Source: an uncultured Lentisphaerales bacterium (lineage in GTDB: Bacteria; Verrucomicrobiota; Lentisphaeria; JABSQK01; UBA12247). From it: DNA of 64,000 bases. Each line of letters starts with the position of its first letter. Positions within the stretch are counted from its first letter, which is position 1. Where the stretch lies: NCBI GenBank assembly GCA_943788985.1, contig CALSSJ010000026.1, forward strand, positions 87,744 to 151,743, given 5' to 3'. Below, piece by piece: positions 22,647 through 33,211 of this stretch. A model generated the notes under the pieces. It searched no databases. It was not told the origin of the DNA and worked only from the letters and a program-made list of their open reading frames with translations. The position numbers were made by a program, and so were the translations under genes.

Positions 22647-22745
22647 ACGATGTTAGGCAGCGGCGTATCTTTCGCCTGCACCGAAATGAAGCAGCACTGC
22701 CACAGGGATAGGGCCAGCAAAGGAATGATCTTGCTCAGTTTTACT
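22647..22745 (-). pseudogene. 5' stub of a secreted sulfatase-like gene cut by IS256
   Basis: Signal peptide 'KLSKIIPLLALSLWQCCFISVQA' plus 'KDTPLPNIV', ending exactly at the IS256 right end. Confidence 0.55.
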
Positions 22746-23110
22746 CTCCGACTTTCAGGAGTGCAATACGGGCGACCCCGTGATGCTGAGCTTTGGCCGG
22801 TGTATCCGCACTGTAATTCCACCAACGGCCGTGGTAGTACAGGTAGTCCAAGTGGTAGAGATAGTACTGACGGCACAGGATTCGCCGTACCGAAACGTGG
22901 TCGTCTCGCCGTCGCCGTAGACTGTCAGGACCAGCTCGACAGCGATGTCCTGCAAGGTTTAGTGCCGAATAGCCTGCTTGGCTGCGTAGGCTTCTTAGGT
23001 CAGCAGCGTGCCTTCCGGGACGCCCCAGCACATGAAGTAGAAATCCCAGACATCCTTGTGCCAAGGCTGTGTGGGGGCCTTGCCCACTGCGGCTTGGTCG
23101 ATCCTAATAA
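22741..23110 (-). pseudogene. Degraded C-terminal fragment of a GH2-like glycosidase, paralogous to 55670-56200
   Basis: Across frames: 'KPQWA...WHKDVWDFYFMCWGVPEGTLLT*EAYAAKQAIRH*TLQD...GDGETTTFRYG...YYLY', matching the remnant at 55850-56200. Confidence 0.6.
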
Positions 23111-23180
23111 GGTTGTTACTGTGTGAGGCATAGGTGGACGTGAGATTCGAGGGGGCAGTGAGCTGGGAAGTGGGGGCTTA

Positions 23181-24032
23181 TCAGCGGGTGCTGTCCCACC
23201 AGGTGTCAGTGACATTCGCGGCGCCCGCGGTGGTGCCGTCGTCTCGTGTCAGCGACTCCATCACGCTCATGGGCTCGACGTGCCCGTCGGCCATGAGAAA
23301 ATTGTAGGGCTTCCCGCCCAGATGATGAGGCGTCACGCGGTTTAGCAGTGTATAGGCCTCCAGCCCCTGCCATTCCCAAGAGCATCCGAGACGCGCCCAC
23401 CAGATCACCGCCGGATCGCCGCTCATCTCCGTGAAGGTGATGGTCCCGGAAGGCTGGCTGATCTCGGACTCCTTGCGCGAGAAAGTGTTGGCAGCATTGG
23501 GGGCGATGAACCCGTAGATGCCCAGGCCGGGCCGGCCACCGCCGGGGGTCTGCGTGGGATAGTAGGTGATGCGGATGTGGTTGCCGTTTGGCGGTTGGCT
23601 ATCCGAAGGGCAGCGGTACAGCGCGCCATGATTGAATCCGCCGGGCAGGTCCCCCTCCCGAGCGCCCCAGCGTCCATTTAGCAACGAGCCGGTGGTCATC
23701 TGCGCCAAGGTCAGGCTGCGTCCGTCATAGGCGCTGAGAAGGTCGTCCCAACTGATCCCACTGCTCCCGAGAGCCACCGGATAATGCGACTCGCTGTCTT
23801 GAAGGTACATCTCCGCCACCAGGCCAATCTGCTTGAGGTTATTCAGACAGGCGGCCTTACGACCTTTCTCCCGGGCCTGACTCAGTGCCGGGAGCAGCAG
23901 CGCCGCGAGAATCACAATAATGGTAATGACCACAAGAAGCTCGATCAGTGTAAATGGTGCACGCCGAACAGCTTGCGACTGTTCGGAAAACCAGTCGCTG
24001 CTGCCGCAGTTCAAGACGCGCCTCTGGCTCAT
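23181..24032 (-). CDS. Prepilin-type N-terminal cleavage/methylation and H-X9-DG domain protein
   Basis: '[45 protein letters not shown]', 'YRCPSD', '[17 protein letters not shown]'. Confidence 0.92.
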   Translation of the reverse strand: MSQRRVLNCGSSDWFSEQSQAVRRAPFTLIELLVVITIIVILAALLLPALSQAREKGRKAACLNNLKQIGLVAEMYLQDSESHYPVALGSSGISWDDLLSAYDGRSLTLAQMTTGSLLNGRWGAREGDLPGGFNHGALYRCPSDSQPPNGNHIRITYYPTQTPGGGRPGLGIYGFIAPNAANTFSRKESEISQPSGTITFTEMSGDPAVIWWARLGCSWEWQGLEAYTLLNRVTPHHLGGKPYNFLMADGHVEPMSVMESLTRDDGTTAGAANVTDTWWDSTR

Positions 24033-24658
24033 TCTGCGAATATTCGGCAGGCCGCTCGCTTCTGTCGAAGCTGCTGGTTGGGACGTGATTCTGGCAGACG
24101 CTGTAATGGCGGTCGACTCCGTTTGACGGTTTTGGCCAGGGCCGGAAACTTTCTCAACTGGGCTGGGCAGGCATTCCTAGGCTGGTGCCATAGACGATAT
24201 AAGCGTGGCGTCTTCATTGCAAATCTGCAGGAATGGAGCTTTTAATCAAAGAGGTGGATGAAATAATCACTCATTCCACGCCTGCTGCCTGCGGCTCTCC
24301 AGGCAACCAGCATCTGCTATCTGCCCCGCAAGACTGCCTGGATGGACGCCACCTTCTCGGTGGTGGACTTCTCCTTTATTTTGGCAGCAAAGGGAGATTT
24401 TCACTGCGCGGGACGCTGCGTCCCGGTTGAGGCGCTGTGCGTTCTGATGAACTGGCCCGGCGCGCAGTTTCGGTTTGGGTCCGAACCGGCAGGGGCCACG
24501 TGAGAAGAACTGTACATAGTCTATGACCAGAGCCTGCTGCCCAAGCTGATCCGTTGGGGGATTGATCCTGCGCAAGAGCCTGTCTGGCAGATCAAGACAA
24601 CAAGAATGATTGCAGCTAGAAAACTACTCTACTCTCCCCCAAATCCTGCGGAGTAGTT

Positions 24659-24782
24659 GAACCACTGATGCTTTGACCGATTGACCTGTTCTCACTGGGA
24701 GAGATTCAGAGCAGAGAAGACGTTAGTCGTGTTTACGGAAAACATGAAACGATCAGTGTTTATCAGTGTCCATCAGTGGTTC
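24659..24782. repeat. REP-like palindromic element with internal 10-bp tandem units
   Basis: 'gaaccactgatg' (24659-24670) is inverted to 'catcagtggttc' (24771-24782); tandem 'gatcagtgtt tatcagtgtc catcagtggt'. Confidence 0.65.
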
Positions 24783-25292
24783 CAATCCTTCCGTAGCCTC
24801 GGTAGCCACCAGAGCAATCGTGTGGGTTCGCTGGCCGCCTGCATTGCTCAGACCAAAGTGCTTGGCTGCATTGACCTTCAGACTAAACGTAAGATGCGAT
24901 CCTTTCTGATTCCCGTCGAGCATCTCGCAGAGGAAGGTCGCGCCAAAGCGCTCGGGAATTGGGTCGGTGGGCAGCTCTGAGATGAGCGTTGCGATCGCAT
25001 CTGGTTGTCCGGTCACAGAGAGGCTTTCCACGGATACCTTGCGCCAATTCCAGGAGCCTTGCCGTACCACTTCTGCTTCCACGGTAATCTGGCCTTCGGG
25101 ACCGCGAGCGACTCGCAATGGCGTGAGGGTGTACTGAATGGCGCCTGCGGAAGCAGCGCCTGTGGTGCCGGAGGTGCTGCTTGACGCGTCGTGTGACCCC
25201 ACCGTAAGCAGTGTGAGAGCGGCAACTACCAGAATCAATACTGAGCCAATCGCCATCCAAAGGCTCTTGTTGGACGGCCGGTTATTCTCCAT
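24753..25292 (-). CDS. Hypothetical membrane-anchored protein
   Basis: AGGAG RBS before ATG 25292; N-terminal TM 'LWMAIGSVLILVVAALTLL'; Ser/Thr linker; beta-rich domain. Confidence 0.55.
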   Translation of the reverse strand: MENNRPSNKSLWMAIGSVLILVVAALTLLTVGSHDASSSTSGTTGAASAGAIQYTLTPLRVARGPEGQITVEAEVVRQGSWNWRKVSVESLSVTGQPDAIATLISELPTDPIPERFGATFLCEMLDGNQKGSHLTFSLKVNAAKHFGLSNAGGQRTHTIALVATEATEGLEPLMDTDKH

Positions 25293-25672
25293 TCTTGTCT
25301 CCTGACTCATCCATCTCAATCTTCTCTTCTCGGGTGAATTTGAACGTCGACATCTGGCCCCCAATTGACCGTAACTGGTTTCGTCGGGGATTGTAAGGCA
25401 TAAGCCGGGATGGATTGGGCAAGATCAGCACAATCAATGGGGCCCTAAAGGCGTGTTTCTCCGTACCTCGATTTGGGGCTTGGAACCGAAGCAGGCGGGC
25501 CTTTCGCATTCAACTTATACATGGTCTTGGCCGGATCGCGCCGAAGGCTAGCTGGCCATGCAGTCCGGCCAGAGCAGCCAATGTCATTGCGTGTCCGGTC
25601 GACGAAAGTCCCAGCGCCAGTACACCTTGGTAAACTTGTACTGATCTCTCCCTTCATGGCCGATCAGTAGCG

Positions 25673-28598
25673 TCAGGGCGTGCCTGGGGAAAATATGCCC
25701 CCGGACGCCACGGTCACTGTGCCGCCAATCGTGCCAGTGCCACCCAGGGTCGCACCGCTGGCAACATTGACGGATCCGCCTCCACTGCTGGTACCGTTGA
25801 CCAACAGCGTACCGTCGTCCACCGATGTCGTCCCACTATAGTTGTTGTTACCGGACAGGGTGAGCGTGCTGGCACTTTCCTTGAGCAACGCGCCGGAGCC
25901 ACTGATGAGGCCGCTCAGTTCCTGGTCTGTGCTGCTGTTGTAGTGAAGAGTCCCGGTGTTGGCAATGGCGCCAGCGTAGGACCCGCTTTGCAGTGTGCCG
26001 GTGCCCCCAATTTCAAGCGTGCCAGCGCCAATGGCTGTGTCGCCCGAATAGGTATTGGTGCCGGAGAGGGTGGTCGTTCCTAGATTGGTCTTGGTCAGGC
26101 CGCCGGTTCCGCTGATCACGCCACCAAGGGTCATAAGTTCGCTATCATTTATGGTCAAATCATCATTCAGGGTGATCGCGGTATTTTCTATGAGGGCGCC
26201 ACCAGTCGTGGTATTTGCAATGCTCTTGGTGCCCGTGGATCCCGCCCGCACCACTATGCCGGCCTTGGTAGGAGTGGTCGCTGCATTGGCGCTGTACCAT
26301 AAGGTGGCAAAGTTGCTCCCGCTGGTGTCACCCAGGGAAATTGTTGTGCCCGCACCTCCTGCAGCGTTCACACCTTGGCTGCGCAGGTTGCCTTGATTGA
26401 TCTCGATATTGGCAACTGTGGTGGTGCCTTGTAAGCGCAGTGTACTGTCGCTGCCGTCCTTGATGAACGTGCCGTCACCACTGATGGCTCCATTGTAGCG
26501 GGCGTCGGTATTGCTGGCGCTGCTGCTGTATTGGAAGGTCGCTCCGCTGGCGATCGAGATGTCCCCGCCGTAAATGCCGTTTGCGGCATGCAAGGCACCA
26601 TTCCCGTCGATCCTTAGGGTTCCTGCAGTGACTGTAGTGTTGCCAGTGTAGGTGTTTTGTTCCGGTTAGAGTCAGGGTACCGACATTGTCTTTCGTCAGC
26701 ACACCAGCGCCGCTGATCACGCCGCTGAGCGTCTGGTCGGCTGTGCTGTTGTACTTAAAGGTTCCGTCGTTGGTGATAGCTTTCGAGTAATTACCCACAT
26801 TCAGACGACCTGCACCGCCGATCTCAAGCGTGCCATTGTTAATCTCGATTGTCTGGGTTGCTAGAGTCATCTGATTGGCCGCGCCGGTCAGAGCCACAGT
26901 ACCTGCGCCATTCTTGACTAATTTCGCATTAGCTACATTAGTTGATACCAGAAGGTCAACATCTTCCAAACCATCCGCAACATCGAAGGTCAGCGCCCTC
27001 GCCTGAGTACCCGCGTTATTCAGATTGTTCTGAACGTTAACGCCAGCAGCGCCGCTAAACGTATTTTGGGAACCTCCGTTGGTCACGATCGTGTTATTAC
27101 GCCAGAGAAGCGATGATCCATTGACCTCCAAGGCGCCTCCTCCATTGCTGTCGAATGTAAAAGTTTTTCCACTGATCAGGATCCCCTGAGCCCCCCGCTC
27201 AAATTGCAGCGTTGAGCCGTTGTTGATTTCAAAGCCCGAGCTTGAAGTGTTCGTATTATTAACTGTGTTGTTGCCCAGCACCACGGTTCCCCCGTCGACC
27301 TTGGTGAGGCCGGTGTAACTAGTGCTGTCCAATACCACTGACAGCACACCCGCTCCGAGCTTGGTCAAGCCGCCGGTGTTGGTATTGGCAAATTTGGTGG
27401 CGAAGGTGACGTCGTTGCCGTTGGTGTCGATGATGATTGCGCTGGTGCTGTTGACAATGCGGGAACTGTAGTCCTGGGTAATGCCAGCAGCATACTGCAG
27501 GGTGCCGCCGCCAAAATCGACGTTACCGCCGTTGCCAAGGGCGCCCGAGGTTGCCGCCACATCATCGACTCCAGCGACCAGCGTGCCGGCGTTGATGAAG
27601 GTCGTGCCTGTGTAGGTGTTAGCGCCGGTGAGGGCCCAGATCGAAGCATCATACTTCTCGATATTAAACGCGGTGGGGACGCTGCTGTCAGTCAGGATGA
27701 GTCCCATCGTGTTCGTGCTGCCGCTGTAGGTACCGCGCAGTTCCAGATGGTTGTCAGCATTGTTGCTGTTGGTGAAGGTGCCGCCGGTCCAGCTAAGGGC
27801 GCCCGTGCCGTCGTTCGTGATTCTTCGGTGACCGTTGCCATTAACCAGCACCAAGTTGCGGTCTGTAGTGCTACCGCTGCCGGTGAGCGTGAGGGCACCG
27901 AAAGCCCGTAGTTGCACTATGTTCCCTGCACCGGCATTGCTGGTGGCCCCCTTGAGTCCAATCGTCCCGATGCTGACGGTGTTGCGGTTAATGCTGAGAT
28001 TCCCGGTGATGCTATTGTCACCACTGAGTATCGTGGTTCCCCGACTGCCCGACCCCCAAGTTGCCCCGAGGGTGCCGCCACCGACAATGTCGGCGTTGAC
28101 GGTGAGTGTCGATCCGCTGTCAACTCGGAGCTTCGAGATGCTCGTGCCGAAGAGTTCTAAATCTCCCCCTTGGATCGTCGCATCTGACGTAATTCTGATG
28201 GCCGTCGTGTTGGCTCCCACATTTAATTTGTTGCCGTTCAGATCAAGCACATAGGCCCCGCCGCCACTGGGCGTGAAAAATTCCAAACGCCATGCGGAGA
28301 CATTGCCACCGAGGACGACCGTGCCTGCCGGTCCCGCGTCGGCACCGCCGAATATCGCTTTTGCATTATTTTGCCAGTTTTGATCCCACATTGCGTTACC
28401 GAACCAGTTTCCGGCGCTATTTTGCCATGTTCCGCTGCCATCAGTGATCGTGCTGACGTCACCAATACTGGTGTCCCAGTTGAAGGGCTCATCAAGCGCC
28501 TGTGCGCTGCCGTAGAGTAACAAGGCAGCGATCAGTAGAGCCGCGCCGCGAGCGGGCGCCGAAAGGCGCCTGTTTTGTTTTGGAACGTAACTATTCAT
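25673..28598 (-). CDS. Autotransporter-associated beta-strand repeat protein; frameshift near 26656, probably C-terminally truncated
   Basis: Signal peptide and repeated 'LTK.G.GTL.L.G.NTYTG.T.V..GTL'. An extra A in 'ggaacaaaacacc' breaks GTNTYTG. Ends abruptly at 'GGIFSPGTP'. Confidence 0.85.
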
Positions 28599-29196
28599 AA
28601 TTTCGGTTTCCCCAGATATATTTGTGACCTGATCGCTATGCCGTTAAGAACGCGGTAAAGCCCTCTTCGGTATAGTATAATAGTCGCGAACGGACCTATC
28701 GCTATGGCCAAAATTGCCAACCCCATATCTCTCTTCGCCAAAAAATTATTCGAATGACTCGGTGCTCTCCAGTTCATGGATAGACCACCAGCCGGGGGGA
28801 GCGTAGGCCTTCTTGGGTGATTCCGAACCTGCCGCGATCTTCAAAATAAGCTTCCTCTATGCCGATGTCAGGGGTGCACTGGAGAGTGCGGACGCCAGGA
28901 TTGGCCGGAGGTAGGGCCAGTGGCCCTTGTCGCATTGCTACGAGAGCGTCATGCGCGCCCTCTTTCGAACACCTGACGAGTTATGAAAAAGTGGAGCGCT
29001 CGGTGAATTCGGGTACAAATCTGGCAATCCTAATCATTGGACAGAAAGTATTGAGCCGGTACTCTATAACTCGTCGTTGTAGGGTAGATGGTTTCTGCCA
29101 CGCATCGGCGGCGGTCCCTCCGAACTGAAGAAGGATTGCAACCTAGAGAACATGTCCAGAGGCGACAAGAAAGTCGCGTGCTGGTAGGAGTATCCC

Positions 29197-30015
29197 ATGC
29201 GAGCAACAAACTCACAAGGCGCGCCACCGCCAGCGCGATTGGTGCCCGTCCTTCTGAAATGCGGGCGAGCGACGATTCCAAACCTGACCACTCCGGTTGA
29301 TGTCTGGCAATGGCGTGGGCTTCATTTCCCTTATTGGCGCATCTACTGGAATCGACAGCCCGGTTTTTCCGTAAAGCACCAAGGACAGGTATATCCGCTC
29401 GATCCTGAATTTGTGGTTGTGGTCACACCGAATGCTTCTGTAGAGCACAGCATCAGCGGTACAGTGGACCATTTCTACGTGCACGTTTCGCTCGGCTATC
29501 CCTGGGACAGGCTAGCCCCCCAAGTCAGGCGTATTCCCGTCTCCGAAGTGCCTATGCACCTGCTTGGTGACCTGCTGGAGCATCTTTCAGGTCAGCCTTC
29601 GAAGCACACCCTGGATACATCACTGGCCTGGGCACTCTTGGCATACGTCAGCAGCATACTGGCCAACTTCCCAGCCGAGGTCTGGCCGAAACCATCGCGG
29701 GATCATCTGCTCGACAGGCTGCTGAGCGAAATTGACGCCCACCCAGAACGCCCCTGGCGAACAGCGGACATGGCGACGCATTGCAACATGAGCGTGAATA
29801 CCCTGCTGCGGCGTTTTAAAAAGCACCTTGGCGACTCTCCGCAACATGTAGTGGCCGACTATCGCCTGCAGAAGGCCTGTCGGTTGCTGGCTCAAACCAA
29901 CGACAGCATTGATGCTATTGCAGAAGCCTGTGGGTATGCCAACCGCTACGCATTCTCCAGAGCCTTCTCGCGCCTTCGCGGTCATGGCCCAGCTGCCTTT
30001 CGCAGCAGCTGCTAG
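29197..30015 (+). CDS. AraC family transcriptional regulator
   Basis: 'MATHCNMSVNTLLRRFKKHLGDSP...RLQKACRLL...IDAIAEACGYANRYAFSRAFSRLRGHGPAAFR'. Confidence 0.93.
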   Translation: MRATNSQGAPPPARLVPVLLKCGRATIPNLTTPVDVWQWRGLHFPYWRIYWNRQPGFSVKHQGQVYPLDPEFVVVVTPNASVEHSISGTVDHFYVHVSLGYPWDRLAPQVRRIPVSEVPMHLLGDLLEHLSGQPSKHTLDTSLAWALLAYVSSILANFPAEVWPKPSRDHLLDRLLSEIDAHPERPWRTADMATHCNMSVNTLLRRFKKHLGDSPQHVVADYRLQKACRLLAQTNDSIDAIAEACGYANRYAFSRAFSRLRGHGPAAFRSSC

Positions 30016-30279
30016 CAGAGCGCACTTCGGGCGGGATCCTGACAGGCTTGGCGCTTACACCGCGGCAAGGATGTATCAAAAGCCACGCCGGCGAGCCCTG
30101 CATCCCGGTCACCTTCTCGCCCTAGGAGTGGATGCAGCCAAGTTAGCCCCCTGTCGCCGCACGAACCGAGAACTGCAACACCTTCGGCCCCCACGTCGTT
30201 GGGGCGAGATCTGCACCAGAAATCTCCGGTTCTGGCTGGACGGGCCTACCAGTGGTCTCTATTCGATAAGCCAGAGTAT

Positions 30280-31190
30280 CTGCCAGCGGTGAAACGCTCG
30301 CTTGCGGCCATGATCTGAGTCGTTGATGACGAGAGCGGTGCGATCCTCACGCTGCTGGAAGATACCGTTATTCTATTCACCTTGGATCATGGCGGAATAC
30401 TGGGGGATTTCGGATTTGCGTCCGAGGAAAAAATGTATAAAGGTGCGGTGCGTGTGCCGATGCTGATAAGCGGTGCCGGGGTCGCGGCGCGCGGCATCAA
30501 CCATGCTCTGGTCGAACTGGTGGATCTGTACCCAACGATCTTGGATCTGGCCGGGGTGTCATTCGAACGCGACTCTCTGGACGGGATCAGTGTAGCCGCC
30601 GACCAACCCGAGCAGGTGACGCGCTTGCTGAAGGTGCCGACGGACTTCGATCAAATGGCGATTGCGCCGCAGAAAGGGCGCGAGATGACGACCTGTGCTT
30701 CCCACCTTCCTGTAAAAATCTCACTCCCAAAAGAGATTTTTCGCTGTTTCTGGAACTTGCAGGCGTGCAGGTGCCAGAAGAATTTCAGGGGCGGATTTTT
30801 CGCCGTGTGTTGCAGGGGGATGCACCATTGGACTTGCCGGAGGCGATATATTATCGCTAATGGATGCACGCAGCGCATCATAATGTGGCAGCGCACTGCG
30901 AGATCCGCACCAAGCGCTACAAACTGATCTACTATTACTACGATGGCTGCGGGCAGGCCGGGGCGCATCGGCCCGGCGGTACAGATCCGCGGTTGGATGC
31001 GATCCTCGATCGTGAGCCGGAGTGGGAACTGTTCGATTTGGAAACGGACCCGTATGAGTGAAAGAACGTGCATGCGGATCCAAAGTACGCGGATGTGGTC
31101 GCCGAGTTGACTCAGCGACTTCACCGGCTGCATGCCGCAATCAAGGACGAGCGTTATGCAAGGGCGCCTGAGCTGCATGACTTCGTCCTG
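30280..31190 (+). pseudogene. Mosaic sulfatase pseudogene fragments
   Basis: 'FTLDHGGILGDFG...VRVPMLISG...LVELVDLYPTILDLAG' and 'IRTKRYKLIYYY...WELFDLETDPYE*KNV', with stops and frameshifts. Confidence 0.75.
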
Positions 31191-31205
31191 TAGATCCAGT
31201 CCGCC

Positions 31206-32084
31206 TCACCCCTTGACGCCGCCAGAGAGGCTGATGCCGCGGACGAGTTGTTTCTGCATGATGATGAACATGAGGATGAGGGGAATCAGGCAAATCAATG
31301 TGGCGGACATCAGCAGCTCGACCTGTGCGCCGTATTGCCCCTGGAAGGAAAGCAGTCCGATGGGGACGGTGCGCAGATGGGCATCCTTGATCATGATCAG
31401 GGGCCAGATCAGGTTGCGATAGTTGCCGAGGAAGGTGAAGATCGCCAGGGTGATCATGCCGGGCTTGGCCAGGGGTAGAATGACATCCAGAAAGATCTGG
31501 CAGTGCCCTGCCCCATCGATCTCTGCGGCTTCGTCATAGCTCTGCGGAATGCCAAGCATGAACTGCCGCAACATGAAGGTACCAAAGGCACTGAAGGCGG
31601 CGGGAATGATCAGGCCGCTGTAGGTGTTGACCAAGTTCAGGCTGACCATGATCTGGTACTGAGGAATGGTGAGCACCATCCCGGGAATCATCATGGTGGC
31701 AAGATACAGCAGAAAGATTTTGTCGCGCCCGCGCCACTGAATCCGACTGAAGGCATACGCAGCCATGCAACTGGTAAACACCTGCAGGGTGGTCACCCAC
31801 GCTGCGACCAGGATGCTGTTGAAGATCCACTTGGCCAGGTGCAGGTTGACAAAGACTTTGGTGAATGGATCAGGAATCTGCCGCAGGACGATCCGGATGT
31901 TGTCAGGGCTGAAGAGCTCGGGCCAGAAATGGGCGCCTTCGACTTCGCCAGATGATTTAAAGGCGGTGCAGATCATCCAGATGAACGGCAGAAACATGAT
32001 GCCGCAGAGGACGCTGACGCCGAAGAACTTGAGGAAGACCATGGCGCTGCGCCAAGCAGGTGTCTGGGACCAGGGAGTGCTCAT
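31206..32084 (-). CDS. Carbohydrate ABC transporter permease (MalG-like)
   Basis: EAA loop 'SYDEAAEIDGAG', 'AAYAFSR', C-terminal 'GGVKG'. Confidence 0.95.
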   Translation of the reverse strand: MSTPWSQTPAWRSAMVFLKFFGVSVLCGIMFLPFIWMICTAFKSSGEVEGAHFWPELFSPDNIRIVLRQIPDPFTKVFVNLHLAKWIFNSILVAAWVTTLQVFTSCMAAYAFSRIQWRGRDKIFLLYLATMMIPGMVLTIPQYQIMVSLNLVNTYSGLIIPAAFSAFGTFMLRQFMLGIPQSYDEAAEIDGAGHCQIFLDVILPLAKPGMITLAIFTFLGNYRNLIWPLIMIKDAHLRTVPIGLLSFQGQYGAQVELLMSATLICLIPLILMFIIMQKQLVRGISLSGGVKG

Positions 32085-33211
32085 GATGCGGCCTCCATCT
32101 TGCGGTTTCCGTATTTCCAGTTGACGAGTGTGAGGGCAAAGACGATGATGAATAGGATCCAGGAGATGGCTGCGGCGTAGCCGAGTTCCTGTTCGACAAA
32201 GCCCTTGGTATAAATGTAGTAGGCGAGCGTGGTCGTGGTGCCGGCCGGTCCGCCCTCGGTCATGATCTTGGCAAACTGAAAGCCGCCCTGTAGTCCGCCA
32301 ATGGTGGCCATGATGGCGATGAAGAAGGTGGTCGGGGCAACGGAGGGCACGGTGATGTGCCAGAACTTGCCGACGCTGCCAGCGCCATCAATGTCGGCCG
32401 CCTCGTACAGATCCTCCGGGATGCTAGCGATGGAGGCAATGTAGAGGATCATGTTGTTGCCGCCGATGCCCATCCAGAACCCCATGATCATGATGGCCTC
32501 GCGGGCGCCCAGGCCAACCCCGCCGTTGCTGAACGTGGCGGGCAGCGGCAGAAAGCCCAGCAGAGACTTTGTGCTGTTGAGCCAGGTCGGGAGATCAACG
32601 TCGAGGTTTACCCAGGCCAGGAGTTCGCCCAGTATGTTGTTGGCCATGCCATAGTACGGGTTGAAGATCTGTTGCCAGAGGATGATGGTGGCGACCCCGG
32701 AGGCAAAGCTGGGGACGTAGAGCATGGTGCGGTAGCTGACGCTGCCCCAGATGATACCCGCTGCCGCCCCAATGTAGATCACGCCCAGAATTAGGGCCAG
32801 GTCCTTCTGCCCTCCGACCAAGAGAAAGCCGCAGGTCAGCAGGCCGACAATGATCAGGACGTTGGCGATGCGCAGCCGCAGTTTCTTGCGCTTGAGCAGC
32901 ATGTTGTCGACAAGCAGGTTGGCCAGGACCAGGCTGCCCACGACAGCAAAGGGAATGCCGAGCATGAAATAGAGGGTGTTGTAGAGGTAAAACCAGAAGT
33001 TGCTGTCGCTGAGTAGCTCCTGGTAGTTGCGCAGGCCGACCCATTGCAGGTCGACGGAGCGGCGCAGGGTCCAGTTGGTAAAGCTCATGTAGAGGCTGAG
33101 CAGCACCGGGCCAAAGGTGAAGATGAGAAAGCCGGTCAGGTTCAAGGCCAGGAACCCCATGGCGGCCCAGAAGTGCTTGCGTTCGCGGACTCCGGAGTAA
33201 AGCCGTGGCAT
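32081..33211 (-). CDS. Carbohydrate ABC transporter permease (MalF-like)
   Basis: 'WVGLRNY', 'DLYEAADIDGAG..KFWHITVP', 'MTEGGPAGTT'. Confidence 0.95.
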   Translation of the reverse strand: MPRLYSGVRERKHFWAAMGFLALNLTGFLIFTFGPVLLSLYMSFTNWTLRRSVDLQWVGLRNYQELLSDSNFWFYLYNTLYFMLGIPFAVVGSLVLANLLVDNMLLKRKKLRLRIANVLIIVGLLTCGFLLVGGQKDLALILGVIYIGAAAGIIWGSVSYRTMLYVPSFASGVATIILWQQIFNPYYGMANNILGELLAWVNLDVDLPTWLNSTKSLLGFLPLPATFSNGGVGLGAREAIMIMGFWMGIGGNNMILYIASIASIPEDLYEAADIDGAGSVGKFWHITVPSVAPTTFFIAIMATIGGLQGGFQFAKIMTEGGPAGTTTTLAYYIYTKGFVEQELGYAAAISWILFIIVFALTLVNWKYGNRKMEAAS

